Below, piece by piece: positions 60,875 to 64,000 of a stretch of 64,000 nucleotides of DNA (within the stretch, counting starts at the first letter, position 1; every line of letters starts with the position of its first letter). Source of the DNA: Bernardetia sp. ABR2-2B. GTDB taxonomy: Bacteria; Bacteroidota; Bacteroidia; Cytophagales; Bernardetiaceae. A program made the translations under genes and the position numbers. The notes beneath the pieces were generated by a model that saw only the letters and a program-made list of their open reading frames with translations, ran no database searches and had not been told where the DNA came from. The stretch lies in contig NZ_CP147020.1 of assembly GCF_037126435.1 (NCBI RefSeq), forward strand, positions 1,651,293-1,715,292, in the 5' to 3' direction.

Positions 60875-61417
60875 CTATTTAGCATCTTGACTCATATCTT
60901 GACGCTCTACCGAAACCTTTTCGGACTTTAACGTTACGTCCTCTGTATGAATTTCTTGTTTTTGTGTTTTGGTAATATGTATTTCTTCTACCAAAAGTGT
61001 CTTTTTTTGCACCACAACAACCTCTTTTAAAACTGATACAATGGTTGTGTCGCCTTCTTGACGAATGGCAGCAGGATTCTGCTCAACATATTTGTTGATA
61101 GCCTTGCGCTCTACTTGTACCTCTGTATGATTGATAGGTACTTCTACTTTACTTTTTTGCTCATCTACTTTTTTGATGATTTGTACCTTTCCAGATTCTA
61201 TTATTTCCTTTTCTATATGGATTTTTTCCTCCATTACAGGAATAATAACTTCCTCTCCCTCTTGATATATTTTATCAAAACCATTTTGCAGAACAGATTT
61301 TTCATCATGTCCTTCACGATTGCTTATATCTGCTTGTTTCTCTCCCTTATTTTGAGGTTGATTTTGAGATGTAAGAGTTTTGTTTGGTTTAGAAATAGAA
61401 TCTAAGTTAGTAGGCAT
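60875..61417 (-). CDS. YsnF/AvaK-domain (DUF2382) stress protein, paralogous neighbour
   Basis: EKIHIEKEIIESGKVQIIKKVDEQKSKVEVPINHTEVQVERK and a second unit VEEIHITKTQKQEIHTEDVTLKSEKVSVER. Confidence 0.5.
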   Translation of the reverse strand: MPTNLDSISKPNKTLTSQNQPQNKGEKQADISNREGHDEKSVLQNGFDKIYQEGEEVIIPVMEEKIHIEKEIIESGKVQIIKKVDEQKSKVEVPINHTEVQVERKAINKYVEQNPAAIRQEGDTTIVSVLKEVVVVQKKTLLVEEIHITKTQKQEIHTEDVTLKSEKVSVERQDMSQDAK

Positions 61418-61698
61418 AAAAGATTAAACTAAAAAAATAAGAATTAAAAAAATGATAACAAATTAAATGTTATATGTATATTGTAATTGTGTGTTTGTTA
61501 TGTAATTCTTACTATATATACTAATTTACTCTATATTTTGTTTAAATAAATTTCAATTTTCCTATTTGCAGAGAGTTTAGAAGAAATTAAAGTTGTGTGA
61601 TAAGCCTATTATTTTTTGTAATTTTACCAATCAAGTAATTACAATAGTTCGTTTGTAGGTCAAAGGTTCGCCTTTGACATCTGATATTTCAAAAATAT

Positions 61699-64000
61699 AT
61701 GCAGCTTCTAAGATTAGAAATAAAAGGATTTAAAAGTTTTGGAGATAAAGTAGTCGTTCGTTTCGACGAAGGAATTACTGGTGTCGTAGGACCGAATGGT
61801 TGTGGCAAATCAAATATTATTGATGCCATGCGTTGGGTTTTGGGTGAGCATAGAACTCGTCATTTGCGTTCTGATAAAATGTCAAACATTATCTTCAATG
61901 GAACAGCCAAAAGAAATGCTGCCGATGCTGCTGAAGTTTCTTTATATTTTGATAATAATAGAGCATTACTTCCACCAGAATATAAAGAAGTCTGTATCAC
62001 AAGGCGTTATACTCGTAGTGGTTCTAGCGAATATTTTTTGAATGGAACACCTTGTCGTCGAAAAGATATTACCAATCTTTTGATGAATACAGGTGCAACA
62101 TCGAATAGTTATGCCATCATTGAGCTAAAAATGGTCGATGATATTCTGACCGATAGAGAAAATGCAAGAAAAGTAATGTTTGAAGAAGCTGCTGGAGTGG
62201 CACAGTTCAAACAGCGCAAAAAAGAAACCTTAGCAAAACTTGAAGCTACGTTGTCAGATTTGGAGCGTGTAGAGGATTTGATGCACGAGATAGAAAAAAA
62301 CATGAAGGGTTTGGAACGCCAAGCCAAACAAGCCGAAAAATATTTTTCTACAAAAGAAGCCTACGAAAAGTTTAGTATTGCACTAGCAAAACGCCAAGTA
62401 AAATCAAATTCAGATGATTTTGTAGAACTCAATACTCAAATCAATGAAATCTTAGCCCAAAAAGAAACGCTTACTAAAGAACAAGAAGATTTAGAAAAAT
62501 CTATTGAAGAGCAAAAGAATACAGCAACAGAACAAGAAAAAATTATCTCTGAAAAGAAACGTTATTTGTCTTCACAAATTGAAAAAATAAATCATCTTCA
62601 AAACGAAAAAGTTAGAAACGAAGACAGAACACAGTTTTTGAGTAAAAATAGAAATCAAATTGAAGAGCAATTATTAGAAGATGAATCTGGCACAAAACAA
62701 GCAGGACAGAGCTTAGAGAGTTTGCAGCAAAATTTGGAAAGTCAAGAAAAGCAATTTTTGGAAACTCAAAGTATTTTAGAGAATTTCAAAAAATCACACG
62801 CAGAAGAAAAAGTAAGAACTGAAAACCTTAGAAGTGCGATGCAAGCAGCACAAGAAAAATTCAAAACGCTGCAAAATGATATTCTTATTCTTCAAAAAGA
62901 AATTGAATTAAAAGAAAACCAGCAAAGTGGCTCAAAACAAGAAAATGACCAAATTGCGCTAGATTTTTCTGGACAGGCTGATGAGCTACAAATTACATTG
63001 AAGAAAGTTGGGGAAATTGAAAATGAGCTAAAAGATAGAAATACAGAAATATCAAAACTTGAAGAACTTGAAGCCGAACGAACACAAAAAATAACTTCAC
63101 TAACTACTCAAATTGAATCTCTAAAAGAACAAATAGGAACAAAACAAAGACAGGAAAGTAGCTTGAAAGCAGAACAAAACCTAACAAAATCACTTGTTGA
63201 GAATATGGAGGGTTTTTCGAATGCTTTGAAATTTTTGAATAACTCATTAGACAAAGAAAATTCTTGGTCTGAAAATGCAGTTCTCTTAGCTGATATTTTT
63301 ACAGCAAAAGATGATTACAATGATGCTCTACTTTCAATTTTAGAGCCGTATCTCAATTTTTATGTCGTTCAGACAGAAAGTGAAGCACGAAAAGCTATTT
63401 CTTTACTCTCAGAAAATGAACAGGGAAAAGCTAACTTTTTTATCTTAGACAAATTAGAAAACGTAATTCCAAACCTTCCTCCGATTGATAATGCCGTTGC
63501 AGCTTTGGCAGTCATTGAGTTTGATGAATCGTACAAAAAACTGGCATATTCGTTATTTCACAATGTGTATTTTAGTGAAAATGATAATTCAAATGATGTA
63601 GAAGGTTTTACGATTGCCCTAAAAAATGGCGAGTTTGTAGCTCGTAATGGTGGAAACTGGACAGGAGGAAAAGGAAAAGAAAATGCAAATCAAAATTCTC
63701 AACTGGGCAGAAAGCAGCGTTTGGAAGAATTAGACAAAGAAATTATAACTATTGAAAAAGAAATTACTGATTTAGAGAATCAAAGAAATGAATTTTTATC
63801 GCAAGTAGAAAATTTGAAAGAACAATCTAAGTTTGAAGAGCTGAGAGAATTGAAGAATGAAACTAATCACGTTTCACAACGAAAAATATCGCTTCAAGCC
63901 AAAGCCGAACAGATGCAAGAAAATGTTAGACGAAGCGAAGAGCGCAAACAAGCAGCACAAGAACGTTTGAGTATTTTGGCAGAACAGATTGAAAAATTAA
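61699..64000 (+). CDS. smc: chromosome segregation protein SMC (N-terminal ~767 aa; the ORF continues past the window end)
   Basis: MQLLRLEIKGFKSFGDKVVVRFDEGITGVVGPNGCGKSNIIDAMRWVLGE Walker-A head domain, followed by long coiled-coil sequence. No stop codon before nt 64000. Confidence 0.9.
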   Translation, partial: MQLLRLEIKGFKSFGDKVVVRFDEGITGVVGPNGCGKSNIIDAMRWVLGEHRTRHLRSDKMSNIIFNGTAKRNAADAAEVSLYFDNNRALLPPEYKEVCITRRYTRSGSSEYFLNGTPCRRKDITNLLMNTGATSNSYAIIELKMVDDILTDRENARKVMFEEAAGVAQFKQRKKETLAKLEATLSDLERVEDLMHEIEKNMKGLERQAKQAEKYFSTKEAYEKFSIALAKRQVKSNSDDFVELNTQINEILAQKETLTKEQEDLEKSIEEQKNTATEQEKIISEKKRYLSSQIEKINHLQNEKVRNEDRTQFLSKNRNQIEEQLLEDESGTKQAGQSLESLQQNLESQEKQFLETQSILENFKKSHAEEKVRTENLRSAMQAAQEKFKTLQNDILILQKEIELKENQQSGSKQENDQIALDFSGQADELQITLKKVGEIENELKDRNTEISKLEELEAERTQKITSLTTQIESLKEQIGTKQRQESSLKAEQNLTKSLVENMEGFSNALKFLNNSLDKENSWSENAVLLADIFTAKDDYNDALLSILEPYLNFYVVQTESEARKAISLLSENEQGKANFFILDKLENVIPNLPPIDNAVAALAVIEFDESYKKLAYSLFHNVYFSENDNSNDVEGFTIALKNGEFVARNGGNWTGGKGKENANQNSQLGRKQRLEELDKEIITIEKEITDLENQRNEFLSQVENLKEQSKFEELRELKNETNHVSQRKISLQAKAEQMQENVRRSEERKQAAQERLSILAEQIEKL

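Noticed and set aside
1-64000. CRISPR arrays, rRNA genes, and transposase, integrase or reverse-transcriptase genes
   Set aside because: No regularly spaced direct repeats with unique spacers and no rRNA-like conserved stretches. No DDE, tyrosine-recombinase or YxDD motifs appear in any translated ORF.

Overview
Low-GC (~35%) chromosomal segment, probably from a Bacteroidetes (Cytophagia/Flavobacteriia-like) genome that uses a type IX secretion system: two proteins end in T9SS C-terminal sorting domains, several genes carry lipoprotein signals, and Shine-Dalgarno sequences are absent. Most of the window is housekeeping: aspartate aminotransferase, FKBP PPIase, OmpA-family protein, FadD-like acyl-CoA ligase, PyrR, SPFH protein, RRM RNA-binding protein, groES-groEL, lipid kinase, 5'-nucleotidase, tdk, PhzF-family protein, ung, apaG, tRNA-Ala(GGC), MiaB/MtaB-like methylthiotransferase, pfkA, rsmA(ksgA), crotonase, pterin-4a-carbinolamine dehydratase, two YsnF/AvaK stress proteins, and the 5' part of smc. 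The accessory content is: (1) a translationally coupled three-gene cassette at 12189-13632 that I read as a tripartite toxin-antitoxin-chaperone (TAC-like) module (HigB/Gp49-like toxin candidate, then XRE-HTH antitoxin with a C-terminal extension, then a SecB-like chaperone). (2) A solitary 1317-aa MmeI-family Type IIG/IIL restriction-modification fusion enzyme. (3) A 2668-aa T9SS-secreted giant adhesin (BNR-like, LamG-like, HYR-like and CTD regions) carrying four near-identical 219-bp tandem repeats. (4) A secreted 1036-aa protein made of 11 tandem ~90-aa domains of a family I cannot name. (5) Heptanucleotide microsatellites ((TAATCAG)5 and (TTCGTAA)n) lying immediately 5' of start codons. 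(6) A transmembrane TPR-PP2C phosphatase. No rRNA, CRISPR array, transposase or integrase was found. All functional calls come from motif-level reading of the translations; no database search was possible.
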